Below are positions 22,637-35,623 of a stretch of 64,000 bases of DNA, piece by piece. Numbering within the stretch: the stretch's first letter is position 1; every line of letters starts with the position of its first letter. The position numbers and the translations under genes are program-made. Location of the stretch: the NCBI GenBank assembly GCA_963843505.1, contig CAWJKR010000007.1:54384-118383 (forward strand), written 5' to 3'. Origin of the DNA: Candidatus Aminicenantes bacterium. GTDB taxonomy: Bacteria > Acidobacteriota > Aminicenantia > Aminicenantales > Saccharicenantaceae. Under the pieces are notes generated by a model that searched no databases, was not told the origin of the DNA, and saw nothing but the letters and a program-made list of their open reading frames with translations.

Positions 22637-22960
22637 CGTTCCTTGTCCCTCGGGCCATCTTAAGGAAGCCCCCCCATCCGTCAACTTCATCCGCGGGGCG
22701 CGAGCGGTAGGGCGGTGTCGCGGCATGCCTGGAGAGCTGAGAGGGCCGAAGCGCAGGCTGGCGTCGAGCCCGATTTGGGAAAGTCGGCAGACGCGTCTGA
22801 CTAGTCGAGGGAAGTTATCTGGAGAAACGACGCCCATAAACGCGTCTGAGCAGGCTTCAGCGGACGCCGAGCGAGTTGTCTCGCCGGCCGAATCCGCGAC
22901 CCGACGAGCGGCGTGCTCCGAGCCGAGTCCTCATGAGCGAGAGCCCTGGAGGCTGCTAAC

Positions 22961-22989
22961 TTGACAAATGGGGGGCATGCCGATAAGGT
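22961..22989 (+). promoter_or_regulatory. Sigma70-type promoter for accBC
   Basis: TTGACA-N17-TAAGGT. Confidence 0.6.
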
Positions 22990-23063
22990 AAAGTCACTCC
23001 GGAGAGGTGCATATGGGTAAAAACGACAAGAACGACAAGCCTGAAGGACCTGGGGAAAGCGCC

Positions 23064-23541
<478 letters not shown>

Positions 23542-23547
23542 GTCCCG

Positions 23548-24909
<1,362 letters not shown>

Positions 24910-24921
24910 AGGCGCGGCCCG

Positions 24922-25453
24922 TCAGAGCGGGCGCCGGAGGACGACGACCGAGAACTGCCCGCCGTTGTCCCTGAGGACGTTCTCGTTGACCCCCAGATAG
25001 AGCCGGCCCTTGATGGGGACGGCCACGGCGTTCTCCGGCCCGATGAGGAAGAGGACGAAGATCTCGTCGCGGACCTCCATCCCCGAATCCTCGTCGACGC
25101 GGCTGGCGACGAGCTGGACGACCTTGCCGATGAGCGCCCCCAGGTTCGCGTTGGGGATGGGCTGTTCGCACGGTGATGAGGTCGATCCCCGCGGCGCCGC
25201 AGACGGCTTCGGGATTCCCCTTCTGCAGGTCGATCTCCCCGGACGCGGAGAAGCGGATCTCCTCGCCGGGGACGACGTCGATCCCCGTGTCCACCCAGCC
25301 GGCGGCGGCGGGAACGGCGACCGTCTTTTCGAGAGGCGGCGCGGCGATCTGGAGAACATCCTGGGGCGGGTTTTGGGGACGACCCCAGCCCAGGGCCAGC
25401 GCGGCGAGAGCGAGAACGAGAAGCGTCCCGGACGGCGCCCTAACGGTCATCAC
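24922..25453 (-). CDS. Exported protein with a galactose-binding/LecA-like beta-sandwich, frameshifted
   Basis: Signal peptide; GWVDTGIDV...SASGEI...GALIGK...LYLGVNE..DNGG pattern. Confidence 0.5.
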
Positions 25454-26249
25454 CTTCTCCCTTCGGCCCGGGCAGGTTCAGGACCTCGACGATGTCCGGG
25501 TGGATGAGCCCGTTCGTGGCCACGAGGCCCGGCGCCCCGAGCTCGAACTCCCGGCCCTCGAAGTCCGTGACCCGGCCGCCCGCCTCCGCGACCATCAGGG
25601 CCCCGGCGGCCACGTCCCAGGGCTTGAGCTTGAGCTCCCAGAACCCGTCGAAGCGGCCGCAGGCGACATAGCACAGGTCGAGGGCCGCCGAACCGCAGCG
25701 CCGGATCGCCTGGGCGCGGACGATGAACCGCCCCCAATGGTCGAGGTTGTTCAGCGGGCTGACGCGGACATCGTAGGGAAAGCCCGTCGCGAGAAGGCTG
25801 CGGCCGAGCTCGGAGACGCCGGACACGCGGATCGGGGCGCCGTTCAGGAAGGCCCCCCGGCCCGCCTCGGCCCGGAACATCTCCTCGCGCATCGGGTCGT
25901 AGACGAAGCCGAGGACCCGCCGGCCGGCGCATTCGAGGGCGGCCGAAACGCTGAAGACGGGGAAGGCGTGGGCGAAATTCGTCGTGCCGTCGAGGGGATC
26001 GATGATCCAGCGGCAGTCGGAGGTCCCGGCCCGGGCCAGGCCCTCTTCGGCCAGGAAGCCGTGGGTCGGGAAGGCCGCCGCCAGGCGGCCGACGACGATC
26101 TCCTGGGCCCCGACGTCGAACGGCGTCACCAGGTCGACGGCCCCCTTGAAGGAGGCCTCGACGTGACGGCCGAGATTTCCCCTCAGATAGCGGCCGGCCT
26201 CGAGGACCACGGCCTCGCCGACCCTGATGAATTCCCTGAGATCGTCCAT
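25440..26249 (-). CDS. suhB: Inositol monophosphatase family protein
   Basis: WIIDPLDGTTNFAH, GSAALDLCYVA and WDVAAG motifs. Confidence 0.9.
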   Translation of the reverse strand: MDDLREFIRVGEAVVLEAGRYLRGNLGRHVEASFKGAVDLVTPFDVGAQEIVVGRLAAAFPTHGFLAEEGLARAGTSDCRWIIDPLDGTTNFAHAFPVFSVSAALECAGRRVLGFVYDPMREEMFRAEAGRGAFLNGAPIRVSGVSELGRSLLATGFPYDVRVSPLNNLDHWGRFIVRAQAIRRCGSAALDLCYVACGRFDGFWELKLKPWDVAAGALMVAEAGGRVTDFEGREFELGAPGLVATNGLIHPDIVEVLNLPGPKGEGDDR

Positions 26250-26436
26250 GAGCTTCTATCTTATAGGGGAAATCGAGGCCAGGGTCAAGGGCGGATACGC
26301 GTTAGCTTTGGCCCGATGCAGGCCAAAACTAAAAACGTCTAGGTCTGGCCCCGTCTTGCGGCCTGAACCCGGACGGCCGGATTCCGTAGTATAATAGACG
26401 GAAGACTTTGGAACCCGACCGGAAAGGCTTGTACCC

Positions 26437-27684
26437 ATGAGTGAAAAGGCAAGTTTCTTCAAGCGGCGCAAAAAGCCGCTGATCGTCCTGGCCGTCCTGA
26501 TCGTCCTCGGCGTCATCGTTATCGCCAACCTCCAGTCCCGCCGCGAAAAGACCGTGAACGTGACCATCGACAAGGTCAAGAAGCAGGACCTGACGTCCAT
26601 CATCTCGGCCTCCGGCGAGGTCAAGCCCAAGAAGAACATCAACATCAGCGCCCAGGTCCCCGGCCGGATCATCAAGATCGGCATCGTCGAGGGCCAGGAG
26701 GTCAGGGCCGGCGATTTCCTGCTCAAGCTCGATTCGACCCAGTACGAGGCCAACGCCGACCGCGATCAGAACTTCATCCGGGCCGCCAACGCCGACCTCA
26801 TCCAGGCGGAGGCCCGCCTGAAGAGGGACAAGAACTCCTTCGACCGCCAGCAGCAGCTCTTCGACGACAATCTCATCTCCAAGGACCAGCTCGAGGCGGC
26901 CAAGGCCCAGTTCGACGTCTCCGTGGCCCAGACGAACGCCATCGAGTTCCAGATCAAGCAGGCCGAGGCGTCCCTCAAGAGCACGCTCGACAGCCTGGCC
27001 AAGACGACCTACACCTCGCCGATCGACGGGGTCATCACCAGCCTCCAGGTCGAAGAGGGCGAGGTGGCCATCATCGGGACGATGAACAACCCCGGCACGG
27101 TCATGCTGACCATCGCCGACCTGTCCGTCATGGAGGTCGAGGTCGAGGTCGACGAGACCGACGTCATCGGCGTCTCCCTCGGCCAGCCGGCCAAGGTCCG
27201 CGTCGACGCCCTGCCGGAGACGGTCTTCGAGGGCAAGGTCACCGAGATCGGCAGCTCCGCCCTCCAGAAGACGGCGGGCGGCCTGTCGACCCAGGAATCC
27301 AAGGACTTCAAGGTCGTCGTCACCCTCGACAACCCGGCCCGGAAGCTCAAGCCCGGGCTGTCCGCTTCGGCCGACGTCATCGTGGCCGAAAAAGCGCAGG
27401 CCCTGGCCGTGCCCATCTCCTCGCTCGTCCTGCGGGAGAAGGAAGGCGTGGCCAAGGACGCCCCGGCCGCGGACCGCGAGGAGGAGGGGGTGTATACCGT
27501 CGAAGCCGGGCGGGCCAAGTTCGCGCCGGTCGGCAAGGGCATCACCGGCGGCATGATGATCGAGATCACGTCGGGCCTCAAGGAGGGCCAGGAGATCGTC
27601 ACCGGCCCTTACGCCTCCCTGCGCGAGCTCAAGGACGGCGTCCTGGTCAAGGCGGAAGTGAAGAAGGAAGCCAAAACCTCATGA
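26437..27684 (+). CDS. Efflux periplasmic adaptor (MacA/YknX-like)
   Basis: N-terminal TM, lipoyl half-motifs, coiled-coil hairpin, LKPGLSA. Confidence 0.88.
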   Translation: MSEKASFFKRRKKPLIVLAVLIVLGVIVIANLQSRREKTVNVTIDKVKKQDLTSIISASGEVKPKKNINISAQVPGRIIKIGIVEGQEVRAGDFLLKLDSTQYEANADRDQNFIRAANADLIQAEARLKRDKNSFDRQQQLFDDNLISKDQLEAAKAQFDVSVAQTNAIEFQIKQAEASLKSTLDSLAKTTYTSPIDGVITSLQVEEGEVAIIGTMNNPGTVMLTIADLSVMEVEVEVDETDVIGVSLGQPAKVRVDALPETVFEGKVTEIGSSALQKTAGGLSTQESKDFKVVVTLDNPARKLKPGLSASADVIVAEKAQALAVPISSLVLREKEGVAKDAPAADREEEGVYTVEAGRAKFAPVGKGITGGMMIEITSGLKEGQEIVTGPYASLRELKDGVLVKAEVKKEAKTS

Positions 27685-28382
27685 GCGGACCGGACCCCAA
27701 CGTCATCTTCGCCGAGGACCTCTGGAAGGTCTACAAGCTCGACGAGCAGGAGGTCGAGGCCCTGCGCGGCGTGTCCCTGACGGTCGAGCGGGGCGAGTTC
27801 GTGGCCATCATGGGCCCGTCCGGATCGGGCAAATCGACGCTGATGAACCTCATCGGCTGCCTCGATACGCCGACCTCCGGCGTCTACCGCCTCAACGGCA
27901 AGCTCGTCAGCGCCATGTCCGAGGACGAGCTGGCCTTCACCCGGAACAAGGAGATCGGCTTCGTCTTCCAGGTCTTCAACCTCCTGCCGCGGGCCTCGGC
28001 CTTCCACAACGTCGAGCTGCCGCTCGTCTATGCCGGGACGAAGAAGGCGGAGCGCCAGGAGAAGGCCCGGCGGGCCCTCGAGCGGGTCGAGATGAAGGCC
28101 CGCATGAACCACAAGCCGGCCGAGCTCTCGGGCGGCGAGCGCCAGCGCGTGGCCGTCGCCCGGGCGCTGGTCAACGAGCCGTCGCTCCTCCTCGCCGACG
28201 AGCCGACGGGGAACCTCGACTCGCGGACGGGCCGCGAGATCCTCAATCTCTTCCACCGCATCCACGAGCAGGGGAACACGATCATCATGGTCACCCACGA
28301 CCGCGAGGTCGCCGATCAGGCCCAGCGCATCATCCACATCCGCGACGGGCAGATCGAGAAGGACGAGCGGAAAGGAGCCTAG
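27681..28382 (+). CDS. ABC transporter ATP-binding protein (MacB/YknY-like)
   Basis: [16 protein letters not shown] and ADEPTGNLD motifs. Confidence 0.92.
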   Translation: MSGPDPNVIFAEDLWKVYKLDEQEVEALRGVSLTVERGEFVAIMGPSGSGKSTLMNLIGCLDTPTSGVYRLNGKLVSAMSEDELAFTRNKEIGFVFQVFNLLPRASAFHNVELPLVYAGTKKAERQEKARRALERVEMKARMNHKPAELSGGERQRVAVARALVNEPSLLLADEPTGNLDSRTGREILNLFHRIHEQGNTIIMVTHDREVADQAQRIIHIRDGQIEKDERKGA

Positions 28383-28385
28383 CCC

Positions 28386-29093
28386 ATGAGCCTTTTCAAG
28401 CGCATCGAAGGCGTGTTCTTCAGCCCGCGGCCGGCCTTCGAAGGCCTGGCCGCCAAGCCCGTCTGGATCGACACGCTCATCGTCGTCCTCATCGCCCTCA
28501 TCGCCTTCAACTTCATCGTCGCTCCCTACATGCAGAAAGACCAGCTCGCCATGATGAAGGACAACGCCGCGTTCAAGGAGCGGATGGGCGAAGACAACTT
28601 CGCCAAGACGATCGAGCGGATGGAGAACCCCTCGACCTCCGGGCGGATCATGCAGACGTTCGTCATGCCGCCGTTGCTATTTATCTTCGGGCTTCTTCTT
28701 CAGAGCCTGATCCTGCTCATCCTGGGCCGGCTCGGCTCGACCCAGGGGACCTACGTCCAGGTCCTATCGGCGGTCCTTCACGCGGGACTCATCAATACTC
28801 TCCTGGGGAATGCCGTCCGCCTCATCTTGGTCCTGACCCGACAGTCGGTCATGCAGACGTCGACCAGCCTGGCCCTCCTCTTCCCCCGGATGGAAGTCAC
28901 CTCGACGCCGTACATCATCCTGAGCCAGATCGATTTCTTCCAGCTCTGGATGTTCGGCGTCCTGGCCCTCGGCCTGGCCGCCATCTTCAAGATCAAACCC
29001 GGGAAGGCCCTGGCCCTGTCCTACGTCGTCTGGTTCCTCAAGGCCCTGGCCAACATCGGCATCGGCATCGTTTTCATGAGCTTCCTCCGCTAA
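28386..29093 (+). CDS. Yip1-family membrane protein (YknW-like)
   Basis: FFSPRPAF N-terminus, soluble loop after TM1, DFFQLW. Confidence 0.7.
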   Translation: MSLFKRIEGVFFSPRPAFEGLAAKPVWIDTLIVVLIALIAFNFIVAPYMQKDQLAMMKDNAAFKERMGEDNFAKTIERMENPSTSGRIMQTFVMPPLLFIFGLLLQSLILLILGRLGSTQGTYVQVLSAVLHAGLINTLLGNAVRLILVLTRQSVMQTSTSLALLFPRMEVTSTPYIILSQIDFFQLWMFGVLALGLAAIFKIKPGKALALSYVVWFLKALANIGIGIVFMSFLR

Positions 29094-29194
29094 AGGAAAA
29101 TTCGGGACATGACCCTTTTCTCCTGAAAAGGGATCGTGTCCCGTGAATGTCCCAGGCGATTGACTTCGCGCCGTCCGGCCTATACATTAACCTC

Positions 29195-30305
29195 ATGGAC
29201 GACTGGTTCGCCTCGGAGGAATTCTCCCGCGCTCCCGTCGCCCGCGTCATGGCCGAGATCTGGAGGCAGGGGCTGAGCGGCTCGCTCTACGTCCAGGCGG
29301 GCGGCGGCCCCAAGTGCCTGTCCTTCGAGCGCGGCGCCCTCGTCCTCGATTCCGTGTCTTTCGAAGAGAAGGATTTCCTGCGCTTCCTGCTGACCACGGG
29401 CGAAACGGACCTCATCGCCCTGGCCCGGGTCGAGGAGCACGCCCAGAGGACGGAAGGCTCCATGCTCCGGTCCTTCATCGAGACCTCCGTCCTTCGGGCC
29501 GGAGCGCCTGTGGACGCTCCTCCAGACCTACGCCCGGGAGGAGGCCCTGGCCCTTTGCGAAAACGGCGGGGCCGGCCGCGAGTTCCACACCCGGAGCGGG
29601 CCGCCGGTCCGCGTCTACATCGACGCGATCGACGTCCCCGGCCTGCTGCTCGACGCCGCCCGGCGGACGCGGGACGGCGCGGCCCTGGACAAGGCCCTGC
29701 CCGCCCCGCGGCGAGGTCCTCCGGCGGCTGCCGGCCTTTTCGGCGGACGTCTTCCGCCTGTCCCTCACCGAGACGATACGTCCTCGGCCTCCTCGACCCC
29801 CCGAAGACCCTCGAGGAGATCTGCGCCGGGAGCGACGTCGGCGCGGACGAGACCCGCCAGGCGCTCTTCGCCCTGATCCTCGTCGGCCTGGCCGGCAGCG
29901 GCCGGCCCGAAGCCGAAGACGGCCAAGCTCGCCGGCGACATGTCGCTCGCGGGCATGGACAGGATCATGGGGCTCTTCAACGCGAAGTGCGCGTTCGTCT
30001 TCAAATACGTCTCGAAAGAGATCGGGCCGGTCGCCTTCCACATCATCGGCAAGGCGCTCGACGAGGTCCGGGGCCGCCTCGACCCGGCCTTCCAGGCCGC
30101 GGAGCTCCAGCCGGACGGACGGCTCGAGCTCAAGTCCCCGATCCGGGTGAGCGCGAACATCATCGGCGACGACGGCCGGCGGTCGATGCTGCGGAGCATG
30201 GACGAGATCCTGGCCGCCGAGGTCCTGGTCGTCAAGCGCACGCTCGGCCCCGAGCACGAGTCCGCGCTCGTCCGGGGCCTGGAGAAGCTCGGAGAGGCCC
30301 CGTGA
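29195..30305 (+). CDS. Hypothetical protein with a DUF4388-like N-terminal domain, frameshifted
   Basis: IWRQGLSGSLYV...LSFERG pattern; preceded by TTGACT-N17-TACATT. Confidence 0.5.
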
Positions 30306-30382
30306 AGCGGCGCCAGCTCCTGGCCCTTCTCGTCCTCGTCTCCCTGCTCGCTCTCTGGATCCTCATCAAAATTGGAACCTGA
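30302..30382 (+). CDS. Putative 26-aa single-TM small protein
   Basis: (M)KRRQLLALLVLVSLLALWILIKIGT; GTGA overlap with the upstream stop; GGAG RBS; overlaps the miaA start. Confidence 0.45.
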   Translation: MKRRQLLALLVLVSLLALWILIKIGT

Positions 30383-31295
30383 AGCCCCCGTCCTCGTCAT
30401 CGTCCTCGGACCGACCGCCGTCGGCAAGAGCCGCGTCGCCGTCGACCTGGCCCTGCGCTTCGGAGGCGAGATCATCGGCGGCGACTCCATCCAGGTCTAC
30501 CGCGGTTTCGACATCGGCACGGCCAAGCCCGGCCCCGAAGACCGGCGCGGCGTTCCTCATCACCTCATCGACATCGTCGGGCCGGAGGTCCAATATACGG
30601 CCGCCGATTTCGTCCGGGACGCGCTCGAGGCCGCCCGGGGGATCGCCGCCCGGGGACGGCTGCCGATCGTCGCCGGCGGCACCGGCCTCTATCTCAAAGC
30701 CCTCGCCGACGGCCTCTTCCCCGGCCCCGGCCGCGACCCGGCGGTGCGGGCGGCGCTCGAGGCCGAAGCGCGGGAGAAGGGTCTCGAGGCCCTGTTCCGC
30801 CGGCTCGAGGCGATCGATCCGGAATACGCCCGGAAGATCCGCGGCCGGGACCGCGTCCGCATCGTCCGCGCCCTCGAGGTCCACGCGGCGACCGGGCGGC
30901 CCATCTCCGAGCACTTCCGCGAGACCCGCTCGCCGGTCGCGGGCCGGACCGTTCTCCGTCTCGGCCTCCGGCTCGAGCGCGAGGCGCTCTGCCGGCGCAT
31001 CGAGGACCGCGTCGAGCGGATGTTCGCCCGAGGCCTCGTCGACGAGGTCCGGGGCCTCCTCGAGCGGGGCGTCCCGGAGTCGGCCCCGCCCTTCCGGGCC
31101 CTCGGATACAGCCATGTCCTCAGGCTCCTCCGCGGCGAGATCGGCCGCGACGAGGCCGTCGCCCTGACCAAGATCGAGACGCGGCAGTACGCCAAGCGGC
31201 AGATGACCTGGTTCCGGAAGATGGCCGGGGTCGTCTGGTTCTCCCCCGAGGACGGCGCCGCGCTTGAGCAATACGTCCAAAACCAACTACAATAG
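30372..31295 (+). CDS. miaA: tRNA dimethylallyltransferase
   Basis: GPTAVGKS, DSIQVYRGFDIGTAKP, GGTGLY and RQYAKRQMTWF motifs. Confidence 0.95.
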   Translation: MEPEAPVLVIVLGPTAVGKSRVAVDLALRFGGEIIGGDSIQVYRGFDIGTAKPGPEDRRGVPHHLIDIVGPEVQYTAADFVRDALEAARGIAARGRLPIVAGGTGLYLKALADGLFPGPGRDPAVRAALEAEAREKGLEALFRRLEAIDPEYARKIRGRDRVRIVRALEVHAATGRPISEHFRETRSPVAGRTVLRLGLRLEREALCRRIEDRVERMFARGLVDEVRGLLERGVPESAPPFRALGYSHVLRLLRGEIGRDEAVALTKIETRQYAKRQMTWFRKMAGVVWFSPEDGAALEQYVQNQLQ

Positions 31296-31308
31296 GGCCT
31301 GGGATCCC

Positions 31309-32579
31309 ATGGAACGCGCAATACTCGTCAACGTGGCCACGACCAGGGCCGAAAAGGAAGAGGCCGAGGAATCCATGGCCGAGCTGGCCGGCCTGACCGC
31401 GGCGGCCGGGGCCGAGGTCGCCGGGAAGGTCTTCCAGGTCCGGCCGCGCCTCAACCCCCGCTGGCTCGTCGGCGAGGGCAAGGTCGCCGAGATCGCCCAC
31501 GAGGCGCGCGAGGCTCGAGGCGGACCTCGTCGTCTTCGACCACACCCTCAACGGGGCCCAGCAAAGGAACCTCGAGGACGAGATCAAGGTCAAGGTCATC
31601 GACCGGACCCAGCTCATCCTCGACATCTTCGCCCAGCGGGCCCGGACGAACGAAGGCAAGCTCCAGGTCGAGCTGGCCCAGCTGAGCTACAGCCTGCCGC
31701 GCCTGCGCGGCAAGGGGCTCAGCCTGACCCAGCAGGGCGCCGGGATCGGCACCCGGGGCCCGGGCGAGAAGAAGCTCGAGGTGGACCGCCGGCGGATCAC
31801 CGACCGCATCAGCCAGGATCAAGCGGGACATCGAGGCCCTCAAGAAGAGGCGCTCGAGCCAGCGCGAAAGCCGCCGGGAGAGCCCCGTGCCCACGGTCTC
31901 CCTCGTCGGCTACACGAGCGCCGGGAAGTCGACCCTGTTCAACCTGCTGACGAAAGAACAGCGCTATACGTCCTCGAACCTCTTTTCCACGCTGGACCCG
32001 CTGCTGCGGCGCGTCGCCTTCCCCGACGGCACGTTCTTTTTCCTCACCGACACCGTCGGCTTCATCAAGCGGCTCCCGGTCGAGCTGGTCACGTCCTTCC
32101 GGGCGACGCTCGAGGAGGTCGGCGAGGCCGACTGCATCTGCCACATCGTCGACGTCGCCTCGGCGTCCTGCGAGCGTCAGCTCGGCGCCGTGGAGGCCAT
32201 CCTGTCCGACATCGGCGTCGCCGGCGTCCCCGTGGTCAAGGTCCTCAACAAGATCGATCTCCTCCCCGCCGAGGAGCGGGAGCTCCTTCTCCGGCGCAAC
32301 GGCGACGCCCACGCCCAGACGATCGCCCTGTCGGCGAGGACGGGCGACGGCGTCCCGGACCTCCTGCGCCGGCTCCGCGAGGTCCTCTTCGCCGGCTACA
32401 AGGTTTATTACATCCGGGTCCCCAAGGAGACCCGCGGGATCACCGATTCGCTCGCCCACCGTTCGCTCGTCCTGAAAAAGCGCGAGAGCGAGCGCTTCGT
32501 CGAATTCAAGGTCATGGCCGAACCGGCGGGGATCGTCAACTTCCTGCCGTACCTCGATCAAGGAGCTGAGCCATGGTGA
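31309..32579 (+). CDS. hflX: GTPase HflX, frameshifted
   Basis: [34 protein letters not shown] and DTVGFI motifs. Confidence 0.92.
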
Positions 32580-33895
32580 AGCGGATCGCCGTCATCGGGC
32601 TGGCCCTCTTGGGGGCCTGGTCCTGCGCGACACTGCCCCCCGCGCCGCCCGCGTACTTCGTCGAGGACCTGCCGGCGGAGGCCACGATGAAGCTGCGGCT
32701 GGACGACCGCATCGCGGCCGAGGACGCCTGGGACGCCCTCAAGTCCGGGCGGCCCGAGCTGGCCAGGAGGTACCTGATGAAGCTCGGCACGGCCAGCCCC
32801 ATCCGCGAAGCGGGCCTGGCCTACGCGGACCTCCTCTCGGCCGATCTCGCGGCCGCCGAAGCGCGGTTCAAGTCCTCGATCGCGGGGACGCCGGGCATGG
32901 TCCCGTCGCGCGTCGGCCTGGCCCAGATCTACGAATCCCGGCGCGAGCGGGACAAGGTCTTCGCCGAGTACAAGGCCATCCTCGAGCTCGATCCCGGCAA
33001 CCGTTGGACCGCGCCGCGGTACAAGGCCCTCCGGGACGACCTCGTCAAGGACGCCTCGGCTTCGGCCCGCACCGCGCTGGCCGCGGGCAACCGCGAGACC
33101 GCCAAGCGGGAATTCCTGCGCGTCCTGTCCTTCGACCCCGATTCGACGGACGCCCATCTCGAGCTGGCCCGCATCTACCGGCAGGAGAAGAACACGACCG
33201 AGGCGCTCGCCCAGTTCCAGGCGGCCATGTCAGCCGGCACGGCGGACAAAGCCCTCCTGCGGGAGTACGCGGAATTCCTGGCCGAGTCGGGCGAGCTCGG
33301 ACAGAGCCTCGACGTCCTCGAGAAGCTGGCCGGCGCCGAGCCGAAGGACGCGGCCGTCGGCAAGCGGGTCGAGGAGCTCCGGGCCAAGCTGGGCGTCTAC
33401 GAGATCCCCAGCCAGTATGACGGGATCCCGGCCCTCGAGGCCATCACCCGCGAGGACCTGGCCGCGCTGATCGGGGTCAAGTTCGGGGACGATCTCGGGG
33501 CGCCCGGGGCGCGGACCGAGATCCTCGTCGACATCGCGACGTCCTGGGCCCAGCGCTACATCGTCACCGTCGCCTCGCTCGAGATCATCAGGGCCTCCGT
33601 GAACCACACCTTCCAGCCGCGGCGGATCATCAACCGGGCCGAGCTGGCCGACGCCGCGGTCCGGCTCATCGGCGTCCTTCAGGAGCGGGGGGCGCGGTTC
33701 GTGCCCCTGGTCGAAGAGAGGCGGATCCAGGTCGCCGACGTGGCCCCGGACAATGTCTACTATCCCTCCATCACCAAGGCCCTCGCCTACCAGATCATGA
33801 CCCTCAACCCGGAGCGGAGATTCGAGCCCGAGGGGATCGTCTCCGGCGAGGAGGCGATCCGGGTCATCGACATCATCCAGAGACTGGCCAAGTAA
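32573..33895 (+). CDS. TPR lipoprotein with SLH-like C-terminal repeats
   Basis: Lipobox AWSC; TPR helices; FQPRRIINRAELA and FEPEGIVSGEEA. Confidence 0.65.
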   Translation: MVKRIAVIGLALLGAWSCATLPPAPPAYFVEDLPAEATMKLRLDDRIAAEDAWDALKSGRPELARRYLMKLGTASPIREAGLAYADLLSADLAAAEARFKSSIAGTPGMVPSRVGLAQIYESRRERDKVFAEYKAILELDPGNRWTAPRYKALRDDLVKDASASARTALAAGNRETAKREFLRVLSFDPDSTDAHLELARIYRQEKNTTEALAQFQAAMSAGTADKALLREYAEFLAESGELGQSLDVLEKLAGAEPKDAAVGKRVEELRAKLGVYEIPSQYDGIPALEAITREDLAALIGVKFGDDLGAPGARTEILVDIATSWAQRYIVTVASLEIIRASVNHTFQPRRIINRAELADAAVRLIGVLQERGARFVPLVEERRIQVADVAPDNVYYPSITKALAYQIMTLNPERRFEPEGIVSGEEAIRVIDIIQRLAK

Positions 33896-33906
33896 GGGTG
33901 AGCGGC

Positions 33907-34532
33907 GTGGACGAAATGAACGGAACGATCGAGCTCGCGGAGGCCCCCGCCGCCGGAAAGCGCCGGCCCGAGATCCTCCTCCTTCCCAACCTCCTGTCCC
34001 GTCCTGCGGATCCTGCTGACGCCGGTCTTCGTCCTGCTGCTCGTCCATGACAAGCTCTGGCCGGCCTTCTATCGTCTTTCTGGCGGCCGGAGCCACCGAC
34101 GCCCTCGACGGTTTCACGGCCCGCGCGCTCAAGCTCAAATCGAACCTGGGGCTGTGGCTCGACCCGATCGGCGACAAGGTCCTGCTCACCGCGGCGTTCG
34201 TCGTCCTGACCCTCCCGGCCCTCGGCCTGCCGAACACGCTGCCCGTGTGGCTGACGGCCCTCTGCATCGGCCGCGACCTGGCCATCGCGCTCAGCGCCCT
34301 GATCATCATGGCCCTCCGGGGCAAGCGCACTTTCCGCCCCGTCCTCACCGGGAAGGCCAGCACGGTCTGCCAGGTCTTCCTGATGTATTTCGTGCTCTAT
34401 CTGAACGCCGCGGGCAAGTCCCCCCAGTCCCTGGGCTGGTTCTACGTCCTGACGGCCCTGCTTACGGCCGCGTCCTTCGTCCAGTACGTCTTCGTCGGCG
34501 TCCGCATGCTCCGGGAGCCCCGCACATACTAG
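33907..34532 (+). CDS. CDP-alcohol phosphatidyltransferase family protein, frameshifted
   Basis: PNLLS..R; DALDGFTAR...LGLWLDPIGDK signature. Confidence 0.88.
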
Positions 34533-34604
34533 CGCCGGATTTCCTCAGCCGGTTTCGGGTCCGGATAGTCCCATGAGTCTCCTCTGCATCGCTGTTTTGC
34601 TGTT

Positions 34605-35543
34605 CTAGAACAGGCCGATCTTCACGCCGATTCTGAACGTGAATCCGCCCAGGTCGAGGAAGGCCTTCCTCACGCCGAAGGGACTGTCATATCCGTATTC
34701 TGGCGGGAAGGATGATAATACGATCTTCTCATGCCGCACATCCCAAATGTAGTCAGCATCGCCGACAAGATGATAAAGAAAGCCATCAAGAGTTAGATCT
34801 TGAGTTTCTTGAAGAATCCCATTCCCGTCGAATATATCTATGTGGTGCAGTTGACTGCCTTCGAAGGATTTAATTTTCGCAACCCTCCAGTCGCCAGCTA
34901 TTATTAAAGAAACCCTTTTGTTAAGAATATACTCGAGAGCGATTCCGCCGTGGTACCCTATCTGTTTGCCCGTCACGTCGGTATAGTGCTCGCCTATAAA
35001 ACTATGATCACTAGGCAATTGGAAAACATAGGACAAGGTTTGTTCAATTCGCGCTTTATAGTAACCAATGCCTCCATTAGCAATGAGATTAATCCTGGAT
35101 ATGATCGGCACTGCATAACTTAAGTTGAATCTTATCGGAGCGGATACGTGGATGTCCGAGGCCAGGGTGTTGTTCATGGTCTGTGGTAATCCGGATTGGT
35201 AACCAAACATGGTATGGGTCAAAACGCTGATACCGGAGAAATGCGCTGGACCGGATACGGCAATGCCGATACTAAGGCCCCGCCAGACATTCCACCTTAG
35301 CTCAGCTTGCCAGTCTCTGAATCGCGTCGGCAATGGAAGGTACTCGCCGGCGACGGCCCCGGGTTCAGTATTCCGAAGCCCATCATAGGCCGAGTTGAGG
35401 GAGACGAGAGTCGTGTTTATATCGCCGACCTTAACGGACCCGAAGCCCTCGTTGAAAAGGAGACTGAAACGTGTTTGAGCGAAAGAAAGTGAGCCACAGA
35501 ATAGCAATGCCAATACGAATATCAGCCCATATCTGAACCTCAT
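34605..35543 (-). CDS. Outer-membrane beta-barrel protein (OmpA/OMP_b-brl-like with long loops)
   Basis: Signal peptide ending SFA-Q; amphipathic strands; terminal GVKIGLF; GGAG RBS. Confidence 0.65.
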   Translation of the reverse strand: MRFRYGLIFVLALLFCGSLSFAQTRFSLLFNEGFGSVKVGDINTTLVSLNSAYDGLRNTEPGAVAGEYLPLPTRFRDWQAELRWNVWRGLSIGIAVSGPAHFSGISVLTHTMFGYQSGLPQTMNNTLASDIHVSAPIRFNLSYAVPIISRINLIANGGIGYYKARIEQTLSYVFQLPSDHSFIGEHYTDVTGKQIGYHGGIALEYILNKRVSLIIAGDWRVAKIKSFEGSQLHHIDIFDGNGILQETQDLTLDGFLYHLVGDADYIWDVRHEKIVLSSFPPEYGYDSPFGVRKAFLDLGGFTFRIGVKIGLF

Positions 35544-35623
35544 CAATAGCTCCTTGTGCCTCTTGATATATCTCCGACGCCCCATGATAGCGAGTCTTCC
35601 ATCTAAATTTCAAATACTAGGGG

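Noticed and set aside
22729-22830. Glycine riboswitch (GGAGAG...CCGAAG)
   Set aside because: Lacks the CTCTCAGG core, lies upstream of the accB promoter, and the downstream genes are unrelated
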